A model generated the notes under the pieces. It worked only from the letters and a program-made list of their open reading frames with translations, was not told where the DNA came from and made no database searches. Position numbers and translations under genes: made by a program. This document shows, in pieces, positions 7,745 to 15,942 of a DNA stretch of 64,000 nucleotides; position 1 is the first letter of the stretch, and each line of letters starts with the position of its first letter. The stretch spans positions 3,902 through 67,901 of the forward strand of contig SVQK01000110.1 in NCBI GenBank assembly GCA_015065385.1. The letters run 5' to 3'. The DNA comes from Oscillospiraceae bacterium (GTDB lineage Bacteria > Bacillota > Clostridia > Oscillospirales > CAG-272).

Positions 7745-9955
7745 TCAGAAAGCCTCGGTCGTAACGGTGACGCTGCCTCTGCGGAAAGCGTCGGGGGTGA
7801 GCTCGGTGACTTCGCCGAACTCGTTCACGCGGTACACCCTGCAGTCCGCTCCGTCCTCCGTCTCGATGCCCTCCACCGTGACCTGTACGGGTCCGAGCGG
7901 GAGGATCTCAACGAGGGTGTAGGGGCGTTCTTCGGGTTCGCCCTCGGCGTCCTGTTCAGGTTCGGCGGTCGTCTGTTCCGGTTCGGCAGCTGCCTGCTCC
8001 GGATCATTGGTCGCCTCCTGTGCCTGAGGATCTTCCGCCGGCGTCATCTCTTCCGTCGGTTCCGGATCCGCGGGCAGGTCCGCGTCGGACTTGAAGCCTT
8101 CCATCTCGAAGGGGCCGAAAGCCGCGAACTCGTCTTCCGTCGTGAAGAAGTCTTCCGTTGTAAAGAAGTCTTCTTCCTCGGGAGCTTCGTTCTCCCCGGC
8201 CATGCCGTCGTTACCTTCGGCGTCGGCTGCGGGTTCGAATTCCTTATGCCAGATCGAGATTTCAAACAGTCTCGTTTCCGCCGCTTTCATCCCGTCGGGA
8301 GCGAGCAGCGAATCGATGGACTGTACCGCGCTGTCGTAGGGGTCGGACGCGTCTTCCGCCTCGCCGTTCCCGTCCTCGACCTCGGAGATCTTGAGCACAA
8401 GCTCTTCCGCGGGGAAGGAGAAGGATCCGGCATCGGCAAAGAGCGTCGCCGTAATGCCAAAGCCCGTATCTGCCGTGAGAAGCACGTCGGTCGGGCCCGC
8501 TGTCAGCGGGATGTCGGCCTCGGGAATCGCTTCCCCTGCCGCCGCCGTCATGACAGCGTTTTCTTTCTGAACTTCTTCGGGCGTCAGCCGCGGTTCGGGG
8601 TTCTCCGGCAGAGCCAGATAAGCCGCGATGTGTCCGGCAGAGAGGGTAAAGAATTCTTCTCCCACGCCCTGCTGACGCTGACCCATGATCAGGGTGATTT
8701 CGGTATCGGGCCCATCCTCGGTTTCGATCTCGTTCAGCGCGCTGACGATACCGGCCCGGTCGATCAGACCGTCGCCGTCGTCGTCGCAGAACGCGATATC
8801 GCCGGGTACGGGAGCCTCTTCCGCTTCCCTCAGAAGTCCTTGATCCGCCGCGGTCGTGATCCACCGCGCGGGACTGGGATCGACCGGAACGCCGTAGATA
8901 CCCGCGTAGTGCAGGCAGAACATGACGAACAGTCCGTTCCAGTCTTCGTAGGGATTGCCGTACCATTCGCCGTAACGGGTGTAGCCCCGCTTGACGTTGT
9001 AGGCGTCCGTAATAAAGTTGAGTTCGCTTTCACGGTAGCCCTCCTGGCTCCTTGCGACGGCCACAAGGTCGTCGGACCAGACGCCGGTCAGCTCCGTGTT
9101 GATCAGAGTGGATTCCCAGTCAAGGGAGATTTCCACGTCTGCGTGAGGATCGCCCGTCAGCTTCGGATAGCAGTCGTCCGTGTGGACGTGCTCTTCCTTG
9201 CCGCAGACGAGAACCTCGACCGTTTCATAGCAGTACTCGTTGTGTATGTGGCCATAGCCTGCGGGAACCTCGCAGATAAACCGCGGTGTCCGCACGATAC
9301 ACTCTTCGGTGTGTACATGCTCCGGATCTTCTTCCAGACCGCAAACGAAGGTTTCCTCCCATTCGATGCAGTCGGCGGTATGTTCGTGAACCGCTCCCGC
9401 CTCCAGTCCGCAGACCGGAACCGGATTCGGGTCAAGACAACCTTCGCCGTGGGTATGCCCTTCGCTCTGTTCGAGACCGCAGATATATTCATAGCATTCC
9501 GCGCCGTGTATGTGTTCCGGATCTTCGTCCAGTCCGCATACCGTCACCCACCGTTCGCCGTAGCAATCCTCCGTGTGCTCGTGTTCCGGATCGTCTTCCA
9601 GACCGCACAGGAGAACGGTTTCGGTCGCCCGGCACTCTTCGCCGTGAACATGACCTTCGCTCTCTTCAAGACCGCAGATATACCCGGGATTCGAGAGGAA
9701 ACAATCCTCGGTGTGAATATGTCCTTCGTTCTCCTCAAGGGGACATATGAGCCGCGTCTCCGTGGCGTAACACTCTTCCGTGTGGGTATGTTCTTCAAAA
9801 CCGCACGCAGGAGCGTATTCCGTCGTAGTCGCAGGCATAACCAGCGCCGCAACGGTCGTAACTGCTACCGCCGCCGCGAGCCACGAGAAGGCGACTTTTC
9901 GCTTTCTTCGCTTTACCGCGGTCTGAACGGCTTCGTTACTCAAGTATAAATCCAA
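7745..9955 (-). CDS. Membrane-anchored protein of unknown function: N-terminal TM, ten C-x5-8-H-x-H-x3-C repeats, degenerate CHAP/NlpC-P60-like region, adhesin-like module, acidic tail
   Basis: 736-aa ORF (TTG start, GGGGGA upstream). First gene behind the consensus promoter at 10195-10223 and co-oriented with pilin, sortase and adhesin. The 756-aa plus-strand ORF 7679..9949 is its Arg-rich antisense shadow. Confidence 0.75.
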   Translation of the reverse strand: MDLYLSNEAVQTAVKRRKRKVAFSWLAAAVAVTTVAALVMPATTTEYAPACGFEEHTHTEECYATETRLICPLEENEGHIHTEDCFLSNPGYICGLEESEGHVHGEECRATETVLLCGLEDDPEHEHTEDCYGERWVTVCGLDEDPEHIHGAECYEYICGLEQSEGHTHGEGCLDPNPVPVCGLEAGAVHEHTADCIEWEETFVCGLEEDPEHVHTEECIVRTPRFICEVPAGYGHIHNEYCYETVEVLVCGKEEHVHTDDCYPKLTGDPHADVEISLDWESTLINTELTGVWSDDLVAVARSQEGYRESELNFITDAYNVKRGYTRYGEWYGNPYEDWNGLFVMFCLHYAGIYGVPVDPSPARWITTAADQGLLREAEEAPVPGDIAFCDDDGDGLIDRAGIVSALNEIETEDGPDTEITLIMGQRQQGVGEEFFTLSAGHIAAYLALPENPEPRLTPEEVQKENAVMTAAAGEAIPEADIPLTAGPTDVLLTADTGFGITATLFADAGSFSFPAEELVLKISEVEDGNGEAEDASDPYDSAVQSIDSLLAPDGMKAAETRLFEISIWHKEFEPAADAEGNDGMAGENEAPEEEDFFTTEDFFTTEDEFAAFGPFEMEGFKSDADLPADPEPTEEMTPAEDPQAQEATNDPEQAAAEPEQTTAEPEQDAEGEPEERPYTLVEILPLGPVQVTVEGIETEDGADCRVYRVNEFGEVTELTPDAFRRGSVTVTTEAF
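9170..9805 (-). repeat. Coding tandem repeat array: 10 units of 19-23 aa, each with 2 Cys + 2 His (consensus CGLEExxEHxHTxEC)
   Basis: Residues 51-262 of the 7745..9955 protein. Units read: CGFEEHTHTEEC, CPLEENEGHIHTEDC, CGLEESEGHVHGEEC, CGLEDDPEHEHTEDC, CGLDEDPEHIHGAEC, CGLEQSEGHTHGEGC, CGLEAGAVHEHTADC, CGLEEDPEHVHTEEC, CEVPAGYGHIHNEYC, CGKEEHVHTDDC. Confidence 0.85.
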
Positions 9956-10194
9956 ATCGTTTCACATCCCCCTTCGTCGCGTCGGAGCGTTAATCACATC
10001 GGCCCGACATCGGATGATATCCCGCCTGACAAAGCTGACTATCATAGCGTGGGTTCGGCGGTTCCGCCCCTTTTTTCGGATCTAAATCCGGCTCGGAGCG
10101 GTTTTCCGGCAACCCGGCAGGGTTCCGCACAGATCCTGTCTGCGTCGGACGGCTCCCGGGCCTGCTCTCCGTAAACCCCAAAGATACATTGTTG

Positions 10195-10223
10195 ATTATA
10201 TCACGCTTTGACCGCCCTGTCAA
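10195..10223 (-). promoter_or_regulatory. Consensus sigma-A-type promoter of the pilus operon
   Basis: On the minus strand, TTGACA (10223-10218), a 17-nt spacer, then TATAAT (10200-10195). It lies ~235 nt upstream of the first start codon. Confidence 0.6.
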
Positions 10224-10700
10224 TGGGAGGCGTTCGTTTTCTCGCATGAAATCCGGTAATTTTTTCCCGCGGTTCCTGACTGTTTTACCCATCAGGAACC
10301 GCCCGCTTCTCGGAATCAGGCTACAGAAACGCACCCACTCCCGACCGGTTTCAGGACAAACTGCCCTGAGTTTGCAGTCTGTATTATACAACACCTCTTT
10401 CTCAATTGCAAGTCCACTTGCATGAACGGCGATTTTTCTGCATGAAAATCCATCCGTTTGCAGAGCGGCTTCCGATTCGCCGTCGCCGGGATAGGCTTGT
10501 CCCTGTCCCGCCCGGAGTCAGGCCGAATCCGGCTTAGGGCGCGCGTTCCGACCGACGCGGGCTTCGATCGTGAGCGCTGTGTCTGAACGAACCGCGGATC
10601 CCTGTTGTGTGATTTTTCCTGCCCCGCGGCGGTTCGTTCTGTCCCTTCTGCCCCGTAAACAATCCGCCTTCCCCGAATGTTGCACCGATCGGAAATTTTT

Positions 10701-11321
10701 TCAAAAAAATTTTTGGAGCGCGGATCCGTCCCCCGTCACGACCGCGTCCGCTCGGATATCGTTCCCGTCCGCGGGGATCTCCTCCGTCAGAAGCGCCTCG
10801 TGGCAGAGGCAGAGGACCGCGGTCTTCTCTTCCCGGTTCGGGGAGGCAAGCGGCGCGAGATACCGGTCGTAGTACCCCGCCCCGTGGCCCAGCCGCTCCC
10901 CCCTCCGGTTCGCCGTCACGCACGGCGCGAGGATCAGATCGACCTCAGCCGCGGCGGCGGTCTCGGGCGGATCGTCCGGATCAAAGACCGGCTCCGGGAT
11001 CCCGAGCGTCCCCGGCAGAAGTTCTTCCATCGACCGGATCCGCACGGCAAGCATGGTCCGCTCCGGCCCGGGGAGGCATTTCGGCACATAGACCCGCTTC
11101 CCCTCAAGGAGAGCCTGCTTGATCAGCCCGCGCATGTCCGGTTCTTTCCCCACGCTGACATACAGGAACACCGACTCGGCGTCCCGCCAGATCCGCGAGG
11201 CAAGGAGTTCCGCCTCGATCTTCCGGGAGGATTCCGTCGCCGCCTCCTCCGTCATCCCGTCCGCCCGCCGCCGGATCCGCTCCCGCAGACGCCGTTTTTC
11301 CGCGCCGATCTCCCGCTCCAT
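10701..11321 (-). CDS. 5-formyltetrahydrofolate cyclo-ligase
   Basis: Size (206 aa) and family-typical layout: REKRRLR.. N-terminus, ..FLYVSVGKE..T, ILAPCVTANRRGERLGHGAGYYDRYL. Confidence 0.8.
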   Translation of the reverse strand: MEREIGAEKRRLRERIRRRADGMTEEAATESSRKIEAELLASRIWRDAESVFLYVSVGKEPDMRGLIKQALLEGKRVYVPKCLPGPERTMLAVRIRSMEELLPGTLGIPEPVFDPDDPPETAAAAEVDLILAPCVTANRRGERLGHGAGYYDRYLAPLASPNREEKTAVLCLCHEALLTEEIPADGNDIRADAVVTGDGSALQKFF

Positions 11322-11510
11322 CCATCGATCCCGTCCTTTCGTTTCTTCCCTATTTTATATAGTATAGCACGCCCCCTGGTTCCCGTCAAGAGAATCCCCC
11401 GTCCCCGTCCGCAAACAGGCAAAAACGCCGGGCGGGGTGGGCAGAATCCCCCGCTTCTCTGTGAAGTTTCACGATTTTCACCGCTTTGTCCTCCGGTTTC
11501 CGAAAACCTC

Positions 11511-11539
11511 TTGACAGGAGGGTGTTTTCTGCGTATAAT
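11511..11539 (+). promoter_or_regulatory. Promoter of the arg operon
   Basis: TTGACA (11511-11516), a 17-nt spacer, then TATAAT (11534-11539). It lies 43 nt upstream of the argC ATG. An AT-rich ATTATTCAAAA follows the -10 (only a partial ARG-box match). Confidence 0.6.
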
Positions 11540-11581
11540 TATTCAAAATCGCTGAAAAAGTATGCGCAAAGGAGGCGGCAC

Positions 11582-12517
11582 ATGGCGACGGTATTCATCG
11601 ACGGAGCGGCGGGCACCACGGGACTGCGGATCCGTCAAAGACTCGGCGGCCGAAAGGACCTGACGCTGATCGAACTCGACGAGGAAAGGCGCAAGGATCC
11701 CGGAGCCCGAGCGGACGCGCTCAACCGTGCGGACTGCGCGATCCTCTGCCTCCCGGACGCCGCTGCGGAAGAGGCGGTCTCCCTGATCGATCCGGCCAAC
11801 GACCGGACGGCGGTGATCGACACCTCCACGGCGCACCGGACCGCTCCCGGCTGGGTCTACGGATTTCCCGAGCTCACCGGCCAGCGTGAAAATATCCTCC
11901 GATCGAAGCGCATCGCCAATCCTGGATGCCACGCAAGCGGATTCATCGCGCTGATCGCTCCCCTGAGAGAGGCCGGAATCCTGTCGGAGGACGCCGCGCT
12001 CTCCGCTTTCTCCCTGACCGGCTATTCCGGCGGCGGCAAGAAGATGATCGCGGAATACGAAAGCCCTGCCCCGTCCCCCCTGCTCTCCGCCCCCCGGATG
12101 TACGGCCTCGGCCAGAATCACAAGCATCTCCCCGAAATGGCCGCCGTCGCGGGGCTGAGCGTCCCCCCGGTCTTCTGCCCGATCGTCGCGCCGTATTACA
12201 CCGGCATGGAGGTGACCGTCCCCCTGTTCGCCCCGCCCGTCGGCGGATCTCCCGGTCAGATCGCGGAGATTTACCGGGCGTATTACGGCAAGTCGCCCGG
12301 CGCGGTCCGGTTCTCCGATTCGGCGGACGAAGACGGATTCCTCTCCGCCTCCGCGTTCGCCGGTCGGGACGACATGGAAATCGCCGTCTTCGGGAACGAT
12401 GACCGCATCCTCCTCACCGCCCGGTTCGACAATCTCGGCAAGGGCGCGTCCGGAGCGGCGGTGCAGAACCTGAATCTTCTCCTCGGAGCGGACGAATTCG
12501 CGGGACTTGTCCTGTGA
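11582..12517 (+). CDS. argC: N-acetyl-gamma-glutamyl-phosphate reductase
   Basis: MATVFIDGAAGTTG Rossmann N-terminus and an NPGCHASG active-site Cys region. RBS AAAGGAGG precedes the ATG at 11582. Followed by argJ, argB and argD. Confidence 0.9.
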   Translation: MATVFIDGAAGTTGLRIRQRLGGRKDLTLIELDEERRKDPGARADALNRADCAILCLPDAAAEEAVSLIDPANDRTAVIDTSTAHRTAPGWVYGFPELTGQRENILRSKRIANPGCHASGFIALIAPLREAGILSEDAALSAFSLTGYSGGGKKMIAEYESPAPSPLLSAPRMYGLGQNHKHLPEMAAVAGLSVPPVFCPIVAPYYTGMEVTVPLFAPPVGGSPGQIAEIYRAYYGKSPGAVRFSDSADEDGFLSASAFAGRDDMEIAVFGNDDRILLTARFDNLGKGASGAAVQNLNLLLGADEFAGLVL

Positions 12518-12576
12518 GCGTCCTCCCCGTCCGATTCTTTCCTTATTATTCTATCTACAGTGCAACGGAGACTGAC

Positions 12577-13794
12577 ATGATGAAACAAATCACAGGCGGT
12601 GTGTGCGCCGCGAAAGGATTTACCGCGTCCGGCGTCCACTGCGGCATCCGGAAAAACAGGACGAAAAAGGATCTCTCCCTGATCGTCAGCGAGACAAAAG
12701 CGGCGGCTGCGGCGGTCTACACCTCCAATCTGGTCAAAGGCGCGCCCCTCGCCGTAACGAAGAAGCATCTCTCCGACGGATACGCGCGCGCGGTCATCTG
12801 CAACAGCGGAAACGCCAACACCTGCAACGCGGACGGCGAAGAAGTGGCGGAGAAGACCTGCCGCCTCCTCGCGGACGCCATGGGCATCGCGGCGGATGAC
12901 GTGGTCGTCGCCTCCACCGGCGTGATCGGACAGCCCCTTGACGTCGCCCCCATCGCGGAAGGCATCCCGGCGCTGATCTCCTCCCTCTCCCCGGAGGGAA
13001 GCGACGACGCGGCGGAAGGCATCATGACCACCGACACCGTCAAAAAGGACGTGGCTGTGGAATTCGAGCTGGGCGGCAAAATCTGCCGGATGGGCGGCAT
13101 CGCCAAGGGCAGCGGCATGATCCACCCGAACCTCGCCACTATGCTTGTATTCATCACCACCGACGCCGCCGTCTCGCCGGAGCTCTTGGAAAAGGCCCTG
13201 CGCTCCGACGTGGCGGACTCCTTCAACATGGTTTCCGTGGACGGCGATACCTCCACCAACGACATGGTCACCGTGCTGGCCAACGGCGCGGCGGGAAATC
13301 CGACGGTCACGGAAGAGGGGCCCGACTTCGACGCCTTCCGCGCCGCTCTGAAATTCGTCACCACGGGCCTCTGCCGGATGATCGCGGGGGACGGCGAAGG
13401 CGCGACGAAGCTGCTCGAATGCGTCGTGACCGGCGCGAATGACGAAAAGACAGCCAAAACCGCGGCGAAGGGCGTCATCACATCATCCCTTTTGAAAGCA
13501 GCCATGTTCGGCGCGGACGCCAACTGGGGACGTGTTCTCTGCGCTATCGGATACAGCGGAGCCGACGTGGATCCCGCGAAGATCGGCGTATCCTTCAGGA
13601 GCCGCGCAGGCGAGATCAAGGTCTGCGAAAACGGAGCGGGCGTGGACTTCTCGGAGGAGCTCGCAAAGGTCGTCCTCTCGGAAAACGAAATCGATATTCT
13701 GGTTTCCCTCGGCGACGGACCGGTTTCCGCGACCGCATGGGGATGCGACCTGACCTACGAATACGTCAAAATCAACGGGGACTACCGGACATAA
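12577..13794 (+). CDS. argJ: Bifunctional glutamate N-acetyltransferase / amino-acid acetyltransferase
   Basis: KGF.A.GVHCGI N-terminus and the autoprocessing site PNLATMLVFITTDA. GGAG RBS before the ATG at 12577. Confidence 0.9.
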   Translation: MMKQITGGVCAAKGFTASGVHCGIRKNRTKKDLSLIVSETKAAAAAVYTSNLVKGAPLAVTKKHLSDGYARAVICNSGNANTCNADGEEVAEKTCRLLADAMGIAADDVVVASTGVIGQPLDVAPIAEGIPALISSLSPEGSDDAAEGIMTTDTVKKDVAVEFELGGKICRMGGIAKGSGMIHPNLATMLVFITTDAAVSPELLEKALRSDVADSFNMVSVDGDTSTNDMVTVLANGAAGNPTVTEEGPDFDAFRAALKFVTTGLCRMIAGDGEGATKLLECVVTGANDEKTAKTAAKGVITSSLLKAAMFGADANWGRVLCAIGYSGADVDPAKIGVSFRSRAGEIKVCENGAGVDFSEELAKVVLSENEIDILVSLGDGPVSATAWGCDLTYEYVKINGDYRT

Positions 13795-13804
13795 GGAGAC
13801 AAGA

Positions 13805-14677
13805 ATGGACTGTTTTTCCAACGCGGAACGTGCTGAGGTCCTCACGCAGGCTCTTCCCTACATCCGCCAGTACCGCGGGCGCACCGTCGTGGTGAAATAC
13901 GGCGGAAACGCGATGATCAATCCAAAGCTCAAGGCGCAGGTCATGGAGGATATCGTCCTTCTGTGGCTGATCGGCGTCAAGGTGGTTCTCGTCCACGGCG
14001 GCGGTCCCGAAATCACGGAGCTCATGGAAAAGCTCGGAAAAAAGGCTGAATTCGTGGACGGACTCCGCGTCACCGACCGGGAGACCGTGGATATTGTCCA
14101 GATGGTGCTCGCGGGCAAGGTTTCGAAAACGCTCGTCAATCTTTTAGAGATGAAGGGCGGGCGCGCGGTGGGGATCTCCGGCATGGACGGACGCCTCATC
14201 GAGGCCAAAGTCAAGGATCCGCGCCTCGGCTATGTGGGAGAGATCACCGCCGTCAACATCGAGCCCATCGCGGATCTCTTGGACAAGGGATACATTCCCG
14301 TGGTGTCAACGCTCGGATGCGACGAGGAGGGCAACACCTACAACATCAACGGGGACACCGCCGCCGCAAGGATCGCCGGAGCCCTCGGCGCGGAACGCAT
14401 GATCCTCATGACGGACATCGCCGGAATCCTGCGCGACAAAGACGATCCCTCGACGCTGATTCCGGAGGTCTCGGTGTCCGAAGCCGCAAGGCTCAGGGAA
14501 GAGGGCGTCGTGTCCGGGGGCATGATCCCCAAGGTGGAGTGCTGCGTGGAGGCCATCCGGCGCGGCGTGAAGAAGGTCATCATCATGGACGGCCGGGTCC
14601 CGCACTCCATTCTGATGGAGCTGCTGACGGACGAAGGCGCTGGGACCATGGTCGTAGGAGAGGAGCGGGACAAATGA
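13805..14677 (+). CDS. argB: Acetylglutamate kinase
   Basis: TVVVKYGGNAM, VLVHGGGP and NINGDTAA motifs. AAGGAG RBS. Confidence 0.9.
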   Translation: MDCFSNAERAEVLTQALPYIRQYRGRTVVVKYGGNAMINPKLKAQVMEDIVLLWLIGVKVVLVHGGGPEITELMEKLGKKAEFVDGLRVTDRETVDIVQMVLAGKVSKTLVNLLEMKGGRAVGISGMDGRLIEAKVKDPRLGYVGEITAVNIEPIADLLDKGYIPVVSTLGCDEEGNTYNINGDTAAARIAGALGAERMILMTDIAGILRDKDDPSTLIPEVSVSEAARLREEGVVSGGMIPKVECCVEAIRRGVKKVIIMDGRVPHSILMELLTDEGAGTMVVGEERDK

Positions 14678-15840
14678 GCGGAAGCATCCGGAAACTGGAC
14701 GAACAGTATATCGCGGGGACGTACAAGCGGTTCCCCGTTGAAATCGCCTCGGGCAGCGGCTCCGTAGTGACGGACACCGACGGCAAAACCTATATCGACC
14801 TCGGATCGGGGATCGCGGTGACCTCCTTCGGCATCGCGGATCCGGTCTGGCAGGCGGCGGTGATCGAGCAGATCGGCAAGGTTCAGCACACCTCGAACCT
14901 GTACTATACCGGCCCCTGCGCCGCACTCGCCGAACAGCTCTGCCTGCGCACCGGGATGAAGAAGGTCTTCTTCTCCAACTCCGGAGCGGAGGCCAACGAA
15001 TGCGCGATCAAGGCCGCCCGGAAATACGCGGCGGAGAAAAAAGGCCCCGAGCACTTCACCATCGTGACCCTGAAAAACAGCTTTCACGGCAGAACCCTCA
15101 CCACCCTCTCCGCCACCGGTCAGGAGCACTACCACGAGCTGTATCAGCCCCTCACCCCCGGGTTCGCCCATGTGACGGCGGGGGATCTCGACGAGCTGAA
15201 GCAGGTCTGTGCGGAGACAAAGGCCGCCGGGATCCTCGTCGAATGCGTTCAGGGCGAGGGCGGCGTGGTTCCGCTCGATCCCGCGTATGTCGAAACCGCC
15301 GCGGATTATGCGAACGAGAACGACATCCTCTTCATGGTGGACGAGGTTCAGACCGGGAACGGACGCACGGGCGCGCTTTACGCCTATATGAATTACGGGA
15401 TCTCCCCCGACGTCGTCTCCACCGCGAAGGGACTGGGCGGCGGACTTCCCATCGGCGCGACTCTGCTCGGAGAGAAAGCGCAGAACGTATTCGGATACGG
15501 CGACCACGGCTCCACGTTCGGCGGAAATCCCGTCTCCTGCGCGGCGGCTCTCTCCGTTCTGAACCGGATCGACGATGAACTGCTGGAAAACGTGAAGCGG
15601 AAGAGCGCGTTCCTCTTCGGCAGATTCGAAGGAGCGGAGGGCGTGGAATCCGTCTCCGGTATGGGTCTCATGATCGGAATCAAGACGAAAAAGCCCGCCG
15701 CCGAGGTCGTTTCCGCCGCAATGAACAACGGCGTGCTCGTTCTCACCGCAAAGGACCGCGTCCGTCTCCTTCCCGCGCTGAACATCCCGGACGACCTGCT
15801 CGAAAAAGCCGCCGCCGTCCTGCTCGAAGCGATGAAATAA
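14674..15840 (+). CDS. argD: Acetylornithine aminotransferase
   Basis: Class III aminotransferase motifs (FFSNSGAEANE, DEVQTGNGRTG, PLP-Lys region VSTAKGLGGG). ATGA start/stop overlap with argB. Start placed inside track ORF 14317..15840. Confidence 0.9.
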   Translation: MSGSIRKLDEQYIAGTYKRFPVEIASGSGSVVTDTDGKTYIDLGSGIAVTSFGIADPVWQAAVIEQIGKVQHTSNLYYTGPCAALAEQLCLRTGMKKVFFSNSGAEANECAIKAARKYAAEKKGPEHFTIVTLKNSFHGRTLTTLSATGQEHYHELYQPLTPGFAHVTAGDLDELKQVCAETKAAGILVECVQGEGGVVPLDPAYVETAADYANENDILFMVDEVQTGNGRTGALYAYMNYGISPDVVSTAKGLGGGLPIGATLLGEKAQNVFGYGDHGSTFGGNPVSCAAALSVLNRIDDELLENVKRKSAFLFGRFEGAEGVESVSGMGLMIGIKTKKPAAEVVSAAMNNGVLVLTAKDRVRLLPALNIPDDLLEKAAAVLLEAMK

Positions 15841-15898
15841 GCGGAAACAGGGAAAAGAGGGGAAAAATCCCCTCTCTGAAGCAAAACAATATGACAGG

Positions 15899-15932
15899 GG
15901 ATCGACCAAAACAGGCCGATCCTTTGTCTTTC
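15899..15932. terminator. Weak hairpin between convergent argD and pepF
   Basis: GGATCG-12 nt-CGATCC followed by TTTGTCTTTC. The stem is short. Confidence 0.35.
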
Positions 15933-15942
15933 AACTCACCGT

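Noticed and set aside
7679-9949. 756-aa plus-strand ORF, the longest in the track for this region
   Set aside because: It lies exactly antisense to the 7745..9955 gene. It is extremely Arg/Gly/Phe-rich and low-complexity, has no RBS, and lacks the promoter, leader and operon logic that the minus-strand reading has. It is a typical shadow ORF of GC-rich DNA.
9956-10194. Idea that the pilus leader is a c-di-GMP riboswitch
   Set aside because: The context is plausible, but I could not match the class I or class II conserved cores from memory (only a vague GACGCAGAC resemblance). I report it only as an unassigned structured leader.
9990-10394. 134-aa minus-strand ORF upstream of the pilus operon
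   Set aside because: The consensus pilus promoter (10195-10223) lies inside it. It has no RBS and an Arg/Pro/Gly-rich composition. I interpret the region as promoter plus 5' leader instead.
10407-10446. 7-bp palindrome TGCAAGTccACTTGCA and a nearby TGCATGAA direct repeat between the cyclo-ligase gene and the pilus promoter
   Set aside because: These are short motifs ~200 bp from the promoter with no second copy in the window. A chance occurrence cannot be excluded.
11534-11552. ArgR/AhrC ARG box overlapping the arg promoter -10
   Set aside because: Only the ATTCA half and part of the other half match TNTGAATWWWWATTCANW. That is too weak to annotate as an operator.
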